Assembly: GCA_050246995.1 (NCBI GenBank)
Contig: JBFWVA010000005.1
Span: 44,990-108,989 of the forward strand
Origin: Rhodospirillaceae bacterium
GTDB taxonomy: Bacteria; Pseudomonadota; Alphaproteobacteria; Rhodospirillales; Rhodospirillaceae
Reading direction: 5' to 3'
DNA length: 64,000 nucleotides
A program made the translations under genes and the position numbers. Under the pieces are notes generated by a model that worked only from the letters and a program-made list of their open reading frames with translations, was not told the origin of the DNA and did not search any database. Below are positions 47,307-57,109 of the stretch, piece by piece. Each line of letters begins with the position of its first letter. Position 1 is the stretch's first letter.

Positions 47307-48512
47307 TTATTGCGCGGGCGGCGTCGCGGGCTGCGAAACCGGCGCGGCCGGCGGCCCGAAGACGATGTATGACGCGGCGGCTTTCAAGCGCCCCACATAC
47401 CCAAGGCGGCCGACGTCGGCCGCGGCTTGGAGTGGGATTTCGATCGGGGCGAGATCCTTGCCTGTAATGACGACCTTCGCGACTTCAGCACCCTTGGCGA
47501 TCGGCGCCGGAAGCGGTCCTTGATAGACGACTTTGACTTCAAGCGACTGGCTGGCTGCGCGCGGCACAGTCACCATGACATCCTTCGGGATCACGAGATT
47601 CACACTGCCCGTATCGCCGAGCCAAACTTCAGCATCGGTGACGACTTCGCCCGCGGTGAACAGCGAGCGGTTGGTGAATTCGCGGAAACCCCAGTCCATG
47701 AGTTTCGCGGTTTCCTCGTCGCGGTCTTTCATGGTGTCCATGCCGTTGGCGACAAGGATCAGGCGGCGGCCATTGCGGATCGCCGACCCCGTGAGGCCGT
47801 AGCCGGCAATGGATGTATGTCCGGTCTTGAGACCGTCAGCGCCGCTGCCAACGCGATAGAGCAACGGATTGCGATTGCCTTGGGTGATGTTGTTATATGT
47901 GAACGACGTTTCGCTATAGAGCGAGTAGTACTCCGGGAATTCGGTGATCAGGTGCCGCGCCAAAATCGAAAGATCGCGCGGCGACATATAGTGCTCGTCG
48001 TTCGGCAGACCTGTCGCGTTCATAAAGTGGCTATTGGTCATGCCAAGCTCTTTGGCCTTCGCATTCATCTGTTCGGCGAAAGCCTCTTCGCTGCCGGCCA
48101 GCGCTTCGGCAAGCACGATGCAGGCGTCGTTACCGGATTGGACGATCATGCCGCGCAGCAGGTCTTCGACTTTGACCCGGCTATTCGGGTTGAGGAACAT
48201 GGTCGAGCCGCCGCTGGCGGCGCCGCCCTGCTGCCACGCATAACGGCTGACGGTAAGTTCGTCATCGAGCCTGATGCGGCCGGCTTTCAAGGCGTCGAAG
48301 ACCATGTAAGCGGTCATGAGCTTGCTCATGGAGGACGGCGGCATTGGTTTGTCCGCGTCTTTCGCGCCGAGGATCGCGCCGGTCTGGAAATCAATCAGCA
48401 CATATTCGCGCGCGTTGATGTCAATGGACGCCGCAAAGGCCGTGCCGGCCGTGACCGCTGCAAAGCCGAAGACGGTGGCGAGGAGAAAACGCTTCATCGA
48501 ATTTCCAAACAT
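47307..48512 (-). CDS. D-alanyl-D-alanine carboxypeptidase (PBP5/6, S11 family)
   Basis: Signal peptide, PPSSMSKLMT (SxxK), QSGND (SxN), LKTGHT (KTG). Confidence 0.9.
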   Translation of the reverse strand: MFGNSMKRFLLATVFGFAAVTAGTAFAASIDINAREYVLIDFQTGAILGAKDADKPMPPSSMSKLMTAYMVFDALKAGRIRLDDELTVSRYAWQQGGAASGGSTMFLNPNSRVKVEDLLRGMIVQSGNDACIVLAEALAGSEEAFAEQMNAKAKELGMTNSHFMNATGLPNDEHYMSPRDLSILARHLITEFPEYYSLYSETSFTYNNITQGNRNPLLYRVGSGADGLKTGHTSIAGYGLTGSAIRNGRRLILVANGMDTMKDRDEETAKLMDWGFREFTNRSLFTAGEVVTDAEVWLGDTGSVNLVIPKDVMVTVPRAASQSLEVKVVYQGPLPAPIAKGAEVAKVVITGKDLAPIEIPLQAAADVGRLGYVGRLKAAASYIVFGPPAAPVSQPATPPAQ

Positions 48513-48563
48513 TAAATTGAAAACATGGAGCGGCGGCGAACGTCGTCCATCAACGATGGGATT

Positions 48564-49541
48564 CTAATCCCGAACGATCTGCGCGTCATCATAACCGTAG
48601 GACTTCACGCGCGTGAGAAGCGCCTCGGCCTGTGTTTGATCCACCAGCGGGCCCAGGCGGACGCGGAAAATCTGCTTGTCGCCCGCCGTTACCGGCAGCA
48701 CCAGAACGCTGCCGATGGCGAGTTCTTTCAATTGCTGCTCGAGGCGATGTGCGTTCGCAATTTCGCCGAATGCGCCGGCTTGAATGAAAAGGCCGGTTGC
48801 GGGGCCGCTCGCGGGTATTGCGACCGCGGGTTTAGCGGCGATGGCCGGCGCTACGACTTTCGCTTGTGGCGGTTTGGCCGGCGGCTTGACGGGGGCTGCG
48901 GCAACGGTTTTCACATCGCCCGTCATCACCGTCGGAGGCGGCAACGAGGACGAGGCAACGGAACCCCGCGGAACAGCGGCGACCATCGGCATCTCGGGCG
49001 GATTGCGCTTCAGCGCGACATTCTTCAGATCGAGAGACTGCCCGGCGTCAATTTCCACGCGTACGCGCGCGGTCCCGGCTTCGTAGAAACCCAGGAGCTG
49101 CGCGGCGCGCCGCGAAAGATCGATGATGCGTTTGCTGTGGAACGGTCCGCGATCATTGACGCGCACGCTGAGGACGCGGCCGTTATCGAGGTTCGTAACC
49201 TTGACGATGCTGGGCAGCGGCAAGGTCGGATGCGCGGCCGTAACAGCATTCATGTCATAGCGTTCGCCGTTGGCGGTACGCTTGCCGTGAAAGTCCTGTC
49301 CGTACCAAGAGGCCGTGCCTTCCTCGACGTAGGCGTAGTCTTCCGAGGGGTAATACCAGGTTCCGGCAATCTCATACGGATTGCCGACCTTATATACGCC
49401 GCCGTCGGGGATCTCGGCGCCGGCGGTGGCCGCAGACGGCGGAAGCGGCGCCGTGACGGGGGCATTGCCCCCGGCGCAGCCCGCCAGACCCAGGGCCACG
49501 CCAATGGCCGCTGGACGAAGTACCCAGTGAAAATTTCTCAT
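48564..49541 (-). CDS. rlpA: Septal ring lytic transglycosylase RlpA family lipoprotein with C-terminal SPOR domain
   Basis: Lipobox LAGC, DPBB core (ASWYG..FHGKRTANGERYD...AAHPTLPLPS.V.VTNL.NGR), and a SPOR-like tail (FIQAGAF...A). Confidence 0.9.
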   Translation of the reverse strand: MRNFHWVLRPAAIGVALGLAGCAGGNAPVTAPLPPSAATAGAEIPDGGVYKVGNPYEIAGTWYYPSEDYAYVEEGTASWYGQDFHGKRTANGERYDMNAVTAAHPTLPLPSIVKVTNLDNGRVLSVRVNDRGPFHSKRIIDLSRRAAQLLGFYEAGTARVRVEIDAGQSLDLKNVALKRNPPEMPMVAAVPRGSVASSSLPPPTVMTGDVKTVAAAPVKPPAKPPQAKVVAPAIAAKPAVAIPASGPATGLFIQAGAFGEIANAHRLEQQLKELAIGSVLVLPVTAGDKQIFRVRLGPLVDQTQAEALLTRVKSYGYDDAQIVRD

Positions 49542-49631
49542 TACTAGCGTCTAAGTAGGCCTAGCCCCACAAGAGCTTGTATCGTACTGGAAAGTAGCCC
49601 CGACGGCAAGTTTCGGGGCCAGCCAGCTCGA

Positions 49632-50939
49632 TCAGGCTGCGGTCACCACGGATATGAGCGCCTTATCCGCATAGCCATCGGGGGGAAGCCCGCGCGCCTG
49701 CTGGAAGCGGCGAATAGCTTGGCGGGTTCCCGATCCCATCACGCCGTCGGCCGTGCCCTTGAGGAATCCTTGCGAGATGAGCCCCTCCTGCAGCGTGACG
49801 ACATCCTGCCGGCGCAGGGGTTCGGCGGCGGTGGCGAGGGTTGTTAACGCCTCACCCCCCGTCATGCGGTCCGCGAGGTGGCCGACAGCGATGGCGTAGA
49901 ACGCCGAGCGGTTCCAGCGAAGGATCGTCCGGTAGTTTTCATAGACCAGAAGCGCAGGTCCGCCCGCACCTTGCGGTAAGACCAATGAGGCGGCGATATC
50001 CCGGTTCGGAAGCGCTCCGCCGTCGGCGCGGCGTACACCAAGTTTGGCCCAGGCGGGCAGCGGCTGGATGTTCTCCTTGGCGTCGACATCCAGGCTCGAG
50101 AGACCGATATCGAACCCACGCGGCAGTCTCACTTCGCGGCCCCAGGTCCCCTCGCCGTCCCAGTTCATGCTGTGCAGATAATTCGCGGCGGAGGCCAGAG
50201 CATCGGGAACGCTGCCCCAAATGTCGATATGCGCATCGCCGTCACGGTCCACGGCGTGACGCAGGAACGTCGACGGCATGAACTGCGTATTGCCCATGGC
50301 CCCGGCCCAGGAGCCCTTCATGCGCGCGAGGGATATGTGGCCTTTGTCGAGGATGCCGAGCGCTTTGAAGAGTTCATCGCGGAAGAACGCTTCGCGGCGT
50401 CCGTCAAATGCCAATGTTGCCAGCGCGGCGATCACTGAGAAATCGCCCATCACCCGGCCGTAATTTGTCTCCATCCCCCAGAACGCGACCAGGAAGCGCC
50501 CCTGAACCCCGAAATCGCGCTCGAGCGAGGCAAGCAACTTCGCGTGCTGGGCCATCATCGCGCGGCCATCAGCGATGCGTTTGGGATTCACCGCATTATT
50601 GAGATAGCGCGAAAAGGTCTGTGTAAATTCCGGCTGGCGGCGGTCGAGTTCGACCACGCGCTGCACCGGTTGCAGATTGTCGAGCGCTGCGTGGATCGTG
50701 GGCTGCGAGATGCCGCGCTTGGCGGCCTCGGCCCGGACACCTTCCAGCCAGCGTGCGAAGTTCTCGGGCGAGAGCGGGGCCGCCGGAGGCGGTTCAGGCG
50801 GCGGAGAGGTCGGCGAAGCGCCAACGGGCGCCTGGGACGCCGGCCGGCTCTGACACGAGGCCACCAGGGCTCCACCAAGGAAACCAAGAGCCGTACGCCG
50901 TTGTATTGGGGACTTACTAATCTTCATCAAGTCTACCAC
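49632..50939 (-). CDS. Lytic murein transglycosylase (MltB-like) with C-terminal PG-binding domain
   Basis: FWGMETNYG, AGAMGNTQFMPSTF, and a C-terminal ...LQEGLISQGFLKGTADGVMGSGTRQAIRRFQ PG_binding_1-like repeat. Confidence 0.9.
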   Translation of the reverse strand: MVDLMKISKSPIQRRTALGFLGGALVASCQSRPASQAPVGASPTSPPPEPPPAAPLSPENFARWLEGVRAEAAKRGISQPTIHAALDNLQPVQRVVELDRRQPEFTQTFSRYLNNAVNPKRIADGRAMMAQHAKLLASLERDFGVQGRFLVAFWGMETNYGRVMGDFSVIAALATLAFDGRREAFFRDELFKALGILDKGHISLARMKGSWAGAMGNTQFMPSTFLRHAVDRDGDAHIDIWGSVPDALASAANYLHSMNWDGEGTWGREVRLPRGFDIGLSSLDVDAKENIQPLPAWAKLGVRRADGGALPNRDIAASLVLPQGAGGPALLVYENYRTILRWNRSAFYAIAVGHLADRMTGGEALTTLATAAEPLRRQDVVTLQEGLISQGFLKGTADGVMGSGTRQAIRRFQQARGLPPDGYADKALISVVTAA

Positions 50940-51056
50940 CTAAACCCTCGTCATATGGCGAGAAATGCTCTTCGGCAAGACGCCCGCAACAGTGGAAATA
51001 GATTGCTCATTCCGTTAGACTTTCCGCCGCTTCCGGGGTGGGCCGGATAAGAGGGG

Positions 51057-52181
51057 TTGAGTGCTATGGCGGAAGAAGCTTTCACGTATACGAACGAACT
51101 CGCCAAAACCGGCGCAGCGGCGCAGGAGACCGGCTTTTTCACGGAATGGTTCGTGAACATGTTCGCCGGCGCGATCGATATTCAGCTCCATTCTCCAATC
51201 CTGACCCTCATCTACGCGGCGGTGATCTTCGGGCTCGTGATCCTGCGCCTTTATACCGAGAACCCGATCAAGTCGCTCGGCTGCCTTGCCATCTATATCT
51301 ATACCACAATTCAGACCTTCTCGCTCTATCGCGCCTCGAGCTTCGTAACGGACTTCACGCCACCGGGCTGGCAAGTCACGGCCAAGAGCCTGATTTTCGC
51401 CGCGATGTTCGTTGGTATCGGCGTGTGGGGTGTTTCGCGGGTCGCTCAGTCCTTCATCACCGCGTTGGTCACCATGGGCCTAGGGCGTCTGCTCGCGCCG
51501 CTCAATCCCCTGCGGTTGGTCAGCAAACTCGGCAAGAGCGATAAAGAGCTCGATGCCATGGAGGAAGGCTCGGCCAAGAATCCGAAGCGCCAAATGACCG
51601 CGATCATGTTCACCGACATCGTCGGTTATTCTAAGCAGATGGGCGCCGATGAAGCGGCCATGGTCAAGAAGCTGAGCATTCACAACGAAATCATGCGCAA
51701 TCAGATCGTGCGCAACCGCGGGACGGTGATCAAGACCATCGGCGACGCTTTCATGGTGCGCTTCCGTTCGGCTGAAAATGCCGTGCAGTGCGCCCTTGAT
51801 TGCCAAAAGGGCATCGCCGACTACAACAAGGGAAAGCCGGCGAACGACCAGTTCCACATCCGTATCGGTGTCCATATGGGCGAAGTGATCCATACCGGTA
51901 CCGACGTATTCGGTGAAGGGGTGAATATCGCGGCCCGTATCGAACCGCAGTGCGACCCTGACGGGGTGACGGTGTCGGACGTCGTGGCGAACGCCGCGCG
52001 CAATAAAGTGCCGGCGCACTTCATGTCGATCGGCGTGCGCCCTATGAAAAATATCGCCAAGCCGCCCGAGCTCTTCAAAGTCTTCGCGATCGAAGAACAG
52101 CAATCGGCGAAGGTCGCCAAACCCGGCGCGCAAGCGGCCCCCGCGGCCGGCGCGGCGCCCGGCGGCGTGTTCAAAATCTGA
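51057..52181 (+). CDS. Membrane-anchored class III adenylate/guanylate cyclase
   Basis: About 5 N-terminal TM helices, then MFTDIVGYSK...KTIGDAFMVRF...IGVHMGEV...GEGVNIAARIE. Confidence 0.85.
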   Translation: MSAMAEEAFTYTNELAKTGAAAQETGFFTEWFVNMFAGAIDIQLHSPILTLIYAAVIFGLVILRLYTENPIKSLGCLAIYIYTTIQTFSLYRASSFVTDFTPPGWQVTAKSLIFAAMFVGIGVWGVSRVAQSFITALVTMGLGRLLAPLNPLRLVSKLGKSDKELDAMEEGSAKNPKRQMTAIMFTDIVGYSKQMGADEAAMVKKLSIHNEIMRNQIVRNRGTVIKTIGDAFMVRFRSAENAVQCALDCQKGIADYNKGKPANDQFHIRIGVHMGEVIHTGTDVFGEGVNIAARIEPQCDPDGVTVSDVVANAARNKVPAHFMSIGVRPMKNIAKPPELFKVFAIEEQQSAKVAKPGAQAAPAAGAAPGGVFKI

Positions 52182-53167
52182 TGCCCCTGCGCGGCCTTTG
52201 CGGCGTCGCTGCCGGTCTCGCCGCCGCGCTTGCTTCGTTCGCGGTCTTCGCGGCCGACAAGGTCTCGCTCGGCACGGACTGGCGCGCGCAAGCCGAGCAT
52301 GGGGGGTATTATCAGGCTGTTGCGACGGGCCTGTATGCCAAGGCCGGACTTGAGGTCGAGATCCGCCAGGGCGGGCCGCAGATCAATCATTCCCAACTGC
52401 TCGCGGCCGGCCGGCTCGATTTTTCCGCGGTGCCGAATTCGTTCATTCCGCTGAATTTCGTCGCGCAGAATGTTCCTGTGATCGCGGTCGCGGCCATATT
52501 CCAGAAAGACCCGGCAGTTCTGATCGCGCATGCGGGCGCGGGACACGACACCCTCGCCCAGCTCAAGGGCGCGAAGATCATGATATCGCCGGATACGCGC
52601 ATTGGATTCTGGCGCTTTCTCAAGACCAAGTTCGGCTATACCGACGAACAGGTCGCCCCTTACACCTTCAATCTGACTCCGTTCCTCTCAAATCCCGCGG
52701 CGATCCAACAGGGGCTTCTGTCCAGCGAGCCTTTCCAGATCGAACGCGCCGGACAAAAGCCGGTGGTCATGCTGCTCGCCGATGCGGGATATGCGAGCTA
52801 TTCCTCGGTCATCATGACGTCGAACAGGCGTGTGGCCGAACAGCCCGATCTGGTGCGGCGGTTCGTCGAAGCCAGTATCGCGGGCTGGGTGAGCTATCTA
52901 ACCGGCGATCCGGCGCCGGCGAATGCGCTGATCAAGAGAGACAATCCCGATATGAGCGACGCGTTGCTGGCCTTCGGGCGCGGCAAACTCATCGAGCACG
53001 CGATGATCACCGGCGGCGATGCCGAGGCCAAGGGCGTGGGCGTAATGACCGATGCGCGCTGGAGGGCGTTTTTCGACGTGATGGCGGCCGATGGCCTGTA
53101 CCCCAAACAGATGGACTACAAAAAGGCCTTCACGACCGCGTTCATCGAAAAGGGCGCGCGCCCTTGA
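52181..53167 (+). CDS. ABC transporter substrate-binding protein (NMT1/THI5-like, NitT/TauT family)
   Basis: Signal peptide. GTDWRAQAEHGGYYQA and overall NMT1-like pattern. The ATG shares one base with the cyclase TGA. Confidence 0.85.
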   Translation: MPLRGLCGVAAGLAAALASFAVFAADKVSLGTDWRAQAEHGGYYQAVATGLYAKAGLEVEIRQGGPQINHSQLLAAGRLDFSAVPNSFIPLNFVAQNVPVIAVAAIFQKDPAVLIAHAGAGHDTLAQLKGAKIMISPDTRIGFWRFLKTKFGYTDEQVAPYTFNLTPFLSNPAAIQQGLLSSEPFQIERAGQKPVVMLLADAGYASYSSVIMTSNRRVAEQPDLVRRFVEASIAGWVSYLTGDPAPANALIKRDNPDMSDALLAFGRGKLIEHAMITGGDAEAKGVGVMTDARWRAFFDVMAADGLYPKQMDYKKAFTTAFIEKGARP

Positions 53168-53907
53168 CGGAACCCGCGCTTCGGCTGACCGGAGCCGCGA
53201 AGACCTATCCGACCGGCACCACCGCGCTCGCGCCGACAAGCTTCGACATCGCGCGCGGTAGCTTTGTAAGTCTGGTCGGGCCGTCCGGATGCGGGAAGTC
53301 GACCCTGCTTCGCCTCATGGCGGGATTACTCGCACCAAGTCATGGTGCGGTCGCGCGTGGCACCGATATCTCCGAAACCGGTTTCGTCTTTCAGGACCCG
53401 ACTCTCATGCCTTGGGCGAATGTGCACGCAAATGTGGCACTGCCGCTGATGTTGAAGGACAGGCCCAATGCTCATGTCCGGGAAACATTGAAGCGCGTGG
53501 GGCTGGAGGGCTTTGCGCAGGCCTATCCGCGCGAGTTATCGGGCGGTATGCAAATGCGAGCCTCCATCGCCCGTGCGATTGTCACCAGCCCCCAACTGCT
53601 GCTCATGGACGAGCCATTCGCCGCGCTCGATGAGTTCACCCGGTTTGGGCTGAACGACGATCTGCTGGCACTCTGGCAGCTGAACAAGTGGACGGTCGTC
53701 TTCGTGACGCATTCTATCCGCGAAGCCGTATTCCTATCGCAGCGTGTTATCGTCATGTCGCCGCGGCCTGGCTGCGTGATCGCCGATGTGGCGATAGAGC
53801 TGCCTGAGCGGCGCGACGAAGCGGTACGCGGCAGCCATGCCTTCGCCGATCAATGCACGAAGATCAGCGCCCTCCTCCGGGCCGCGACGGCGGTACGTGC
53901 CGCATGA
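53164..53907 (+). CDS. ABC transporter ATP-binding protein (NitT/TauT family)
   Basis: GPSGCGKST Walker A, LSGGMQMR signature, LLLMDEPF Walker B. Confidence 0.9.
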   Translation: MTEPALRLTGAAKTYPTGTTALAPTSFDIARGSFVSLVGPSGCGKSTLLRLMAGLLAPSHGAVARGTDISETGFVFQDPTLMPWANVHANVALPLMLKDRPNAHVRETLKRVGLEGFAQAYPRELSGGMQMRASIARAIVTSPQLLLMDEPFAALDEFTRFGLNDDLLALWQLNKWTVVFVTHSIREAVFLSQRVIVMSPRPGCVIADVAIELPERRDEAVRGSHAFADQCTKISALLRAATAVRAA

Positions 53908-54674
53908 AACGCGTGCTTGCCCCCCTCGTCTTCGGGTTTCTACTTATGGGCGCCTGGGAACTTGGTGTCCGCCTGGGCGACGTGCCCGCCTATATTCTTC
54001 CCGGGCCCGCGGCGATCATCGACGCGCTTTGGGCCAATCTCGGCGAGCTTTTCTCATCGCTTGCGGTCACCCTGGAAGTCACCCTCGCTGCGCTTGCCCT
54101 TGCCGCGCTTTCAGGCGGGGTGATCGCCATATTGCTTGCGCAGTCAGAGTTAGCCGAGCGCATCGTCTTTCCCTATGCGGTGTTCCTGCAGGTCACGCCT
54201 ATCGTCACTATCGCGCCGTTCGTGATCATATGGGTGGAGAATGTGTTCGTGGTGTTGCTCATTCTTGCGTGGATGGCGGCGATTTTCCCCATTATCTCCA
54301 ACACGCTTTTGGGATTGAAAAGCGTGGATGCCAACCTGAAGGACCTATTTCGGCTCTATGGCGCAACGCGCGCGCAAACGGTGCGCCGCCTGATGATCCC
54401 GAGCGCGCTCCCCTATTTTTTGGGTGGCCTGCGTATCGCGGGGGGCCTTGCGCTCATCGGTACTGTGGTTGCCGAAATGGTTGCGGGGACCTCGGGAACC
54501 CGTTCCGGTCTTGCGTCGCGTCTGGTGGAAGCGAGTTACCGCCTGGAGCTGGCGGTCGCCTTGGCCTGCTTCTTCCTTTTGAGCGCGACAGGGCTTGTGC
54601 TCTATCTGGCGCTCGACGCCTTCTCGCGCCGGCTGCTGCGCCATTGGCACGAAAGCGCGCGAACGCCCGCTTAA
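53904..54674 (+). CDS. ABC transporter permease (NitT/TauT family)
   Basis: ATGA overlap with the ATPase gene. Six TM helices and an EAA-like loop (LFRLYGATRAQTVRRLMIPSALPYF). Confidence 0.9.
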   Translation: MKRVLAPLVFGFLLMGAWELGVRLGDVPAYILPGPAAIIDALWANLGELFSSLAVTLEVTLAALALAALSGGVIAILLAQSELAERIVFPYAVFLQVTPIVTIAPFVIIWVENVFVVLLILAWMAAIFPIISNTLLGLKSVDANLKDLFRLYGATRAQTVRRLMIPSALPYFLGGLRIAGGLALIGTVVAEMVAGTSGTRSGLASRLVEASYRLELAVALACFFLLSATGLVLYLALDAFSRRLLRHWHESARTPA

Positions 54675-55372
54675 GGCCGCTCAGAGCCGGCAAAGACCAG
54701 ATCGGGATCGTGCGTGCTATCTTGTTTTCCGTAGCTGCGGAACAGGGTAATGACGCGAGACATCTCCGCTTCACTCAAGATGTCCGGTTTACCTGCGGCT
54801 AACGCCGCGCAGTATTGGGCCGCGAGATTCTCCACTTCACCGGCGAGGCGTAAAGCGCCGGCAAGATCGGCGCCCGTCGCAATGACGCCGTGATTGGCGA
54901 GAAGACAAGCCTTGCGATCTTCGAGCGCGGCAACCGCATGGTTTGACAACGCTTGCGAACCGAACGTCGCATAGGGTGCACAGCGGATGTCAGCGCCGCC
55001 GGCGATCGCAACCATATAGTGAAACGCCGGAATACCTTGACCCGTACAAGCAAGGGCCACAGCGTGTTTGGAATGTGTATGAACAATCGCATTCACATCT
55101 GGGCGCGCTTTCAAGATATCGCGGTGAAAGCGCCACTCGCTCGATGGGCGGCGATTGCCGTACCAACGGCCCGTGAAGTCCATCAGCGGAATATCGTTCA
55201 GCTGCTCGTAAGGAACGCCGGTTGGGCTGATGAAGAATGTCTCGCCATCACGTCTGACGCTGACATTTCCCGAGGTGCCGTGCGTCAAGCCCCGCTGCGA
55301 GAGCGCGCAGCAGGTCACGATCACATCGGCCTTCAAGCGGGCGTCATTATTTGTATGTGCGAGCGTATCCAT
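54671..55372 (-). CDS. Class II aldolase/adducin family protein (candidate 5-methylthioribulose-1-P / 5-deoxyribulose-1-P aldolase, or MtnB-like)
   Basis: GTSGNVSVR, PSSEWRFH, IVHTHS, IPAFHYM motifs of the FucA/AraD fold. Its ATG directly abuts the mtnA stop codon. Confidence 0.8.
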   Translation of the reverse strand: MDTLAHTNNDARLKADVIVTCCALSQRGLTHGTSGNVSVRRDGETFFISPTGVPYEQLNDIPLMDFTGRWYGNRRPSSEWRFHRDILKARPDVNAIVHTHSKHAVALACTGQGIPAFHYMVAIAGGADIRCAPYATFGSQALSNHAVAALEDRKACLLANHGVIATGADLAGALRLAGEVENLAAQYCAALAAGKPDILSEAEMSRVITLFRSYGKQDSTHDPDLVFAGSERP

Positions 55373-56470
55373 TTAGGCGGCAACAAGAGCTTGTTCGGGA
55401 AAAAGCGTAAGAAGACCGTCGCGGCTCGCGGGGCATATCCCGCGCTCAGTGATGAGGCCTGTCACATAACGCGCCGGGGTTACATCAAAGCCGACGTTAA
55501 GCGCCGCGCTTGACGGCGGATATACGGCGACGGTCTCGAGAGCGCCGGCGGCTGTACGGCCCGTGACATGCGATAGCTCCCGCGCGTCACGCTCTTCAAT
55601 CGGAATGTCGGCGCCTTGCGCGAGCGCCCAGTCGATTGTCGTGGACGGCAAGGCGACATAGAACGGGACTTTGTTGTCGAAGGCCGCCAAGGCTTTAAGA
55701 TAGGTGCCGATCTTATTGCAAACATCGCCATTCGATGTCGTGCGATCGGTTCCGACGAAAGCCAAATCGACTTGGCCGCGCTGCATCAGATGCCCGCCCG
55801 TATTGTCCGCGATGATGGTATGCGGAACGCCGTGGGCGCCCAGTTCATATGCCGTCAACGAGCCCCCCTGATTTCTGGGGCGTGTTTCATCGACCCAAAC
55901 GTGCACCGGCAGGCCGGCGTCATGGGCTTTATAGATGGGCGCCAGCGCCGTGCCCCAATCGACGCAGGCGAGCCAGCCGGCGTTACAATGCGTAAGTACG
56001 TTGAGCGGTCCCTTTCGGCCCTTCTCTTGGAACCGCTTCTCAAGGATGGACAGGCCATGGGCGCCGATGGCTTCGCAGAGCGCGACGTCCTGATCGCAGA
56101 TTTCCGCGGCGCGTAGAAAAGCACGTCCGGCGCGTACATCCGGTGGGCACGTCAGCACGGCCGCCATTTGGTCCAGTGCCCAGGCAAGGTTCACCGCTGT
56201 CGGACGGGTTCCGCGAAGAAGCTCGGTTGCATGCTTCAGGTGAGCCTCACTGGGATCGCGCCGCATCGCGAGGGCGATGCCGTACGCCGCCGTAGCGCCA
56301 ATCAAGGGTGCGCCGCGCACCGTCATGTTGCGGATGGCGTGCGCGGCATCCTCCAGGCTGGCAAGGCGCACGGTGTCAAACTCAAAAGGAAGCCGCGTCT
56401 GATCGATCACCAAAACGTCGCCGTTATCGGCGCGCCAGATCGTCCGAAAATGCCGCCCAGAGATCCGCAT
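55373..56470 (-). CDS. mtnA: S-methyl-5-thioribose-1-phosphate isomerase
   Basis: [43 protein letters not shown] motifs. Start chosen at MRISGRH (56470). The ORF is open to 56551. Confidence 0.9.
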   Translation of the reverse strand: MRISGRHFRTIWRADNGDVLVIDQTRLPFEFDTVRLASLEDAAHAIRNMTVRGAPLIGATAAYGIALAMRRDPSEAHLKHATELLRGTRPTAVNLAWALDQMAAVLTCPPDVRAGRAFLRAAEICDQDVALCEAIGAHGLSILEKRFQEKGRKGPLNVLTHCNAGWLACVDWGTALAPIYKAHDAGLPVHVWVDETRPRNQGGSLTAYELGAHGVPHTIIADNTGGHLMQRGQVDLAFVGTDRTTSNGDVCNKIGTYLKALAAFDNKVPFYVALPSTTIDWALAQGADIPIEERDARELSHVTGRTAAGALETVAVYPPSSAALNVGFDVTPARYVTGLITERGICPASRDGLLTLFPEQALVAA

Positions 56471-57109
56471 CCAGCGCCTCCTCTTGCGCGCCGCATCATA
56501 AGTGAGGCGGTGCTCATTTCGAGAAAAACTACGATGACGCGAAAAAGCCAACTCGCGGGTGACGATTGACCGACCGGCCGATCTTTAAAGGTTCGCCTCT
56601 ATACCGCTCCGTAAAATTTAGTGGTTAATAATTGCGACTATTAACTATATGCTTTATAAAATTAATCACCATTACGAGAACTACTGAAAGATAGCCTACG
56701 TTTAAGTGTGCATGTGGTGGAGGACTGCGACCGTGGCCTTGGCACTCTGGCGGTTAGGGATAGCAGTTTTGGCATGCGGTGAGCCGAAGAACAGCGGCAT
56801 GGCGGCCCCCTCCCTGCACGTCATTTCCCTGGCCAAAAAAAACAAAATGCCGGCAACGGCGAGCGCTTTTTTGTGCCTTGCCTGGCACCCCTGGTTTTCA
56901 TGCCCGCTGTGAATTTTCGCGGCGTGAAGCCTCGCCACGAGTTTCACATGGAGCAATTACCCTCGGACAAAAAAATGCGAAATGGATTTATGTGAGGCCA
57001 CGTTCGCCGACCGCCAAAGGCGGTCCTATTCGCCCCCGCGCGATTTGAAGGGCTCAATAAGTTCCGTGAATAGAGATAGTGCGTGCAAATGTTTGAACGA
57101 GAATTGTCC

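Noticed and set aside
47427-49547. Two long plus-strand ORFs (362 and 340 aa) antisense to dacC-like and rlpA genes
   Set aside because: The minus-strand genes carry SxxK/SxN/KTG and DPBB/SPOR signatures. The plus-strand frames are Arg-rich artefacts.
56471-56640. SAM-II/SAM-SAH-type riboswitch upstream of mtnA
   Set aside because: The minus-strand leader has a GCGAGTTGGCTTTTTCGC segment but no downstream AAAGC pairing partner required for the SAM-II pseudoknot.
56862-56900. Sigma54-like TGGCAC element (CTGGCACCCCTGGTTTTCA) upstream of the REC-EAL gene
   Set aside because: The -12 element is GTTT rather than TTGC, and it lies about 210 nt from the start codon. This is insufficient to call.
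56702-56956. 84-aa minus-strand and 68/89-aa plus-strand ORFs in the mtnA / REC-EAL spacer
   Set aside because: The frames overlap each other, have no RBS, show His/Cys/Arg-rich improbable composition and no coding GC3 pattern.
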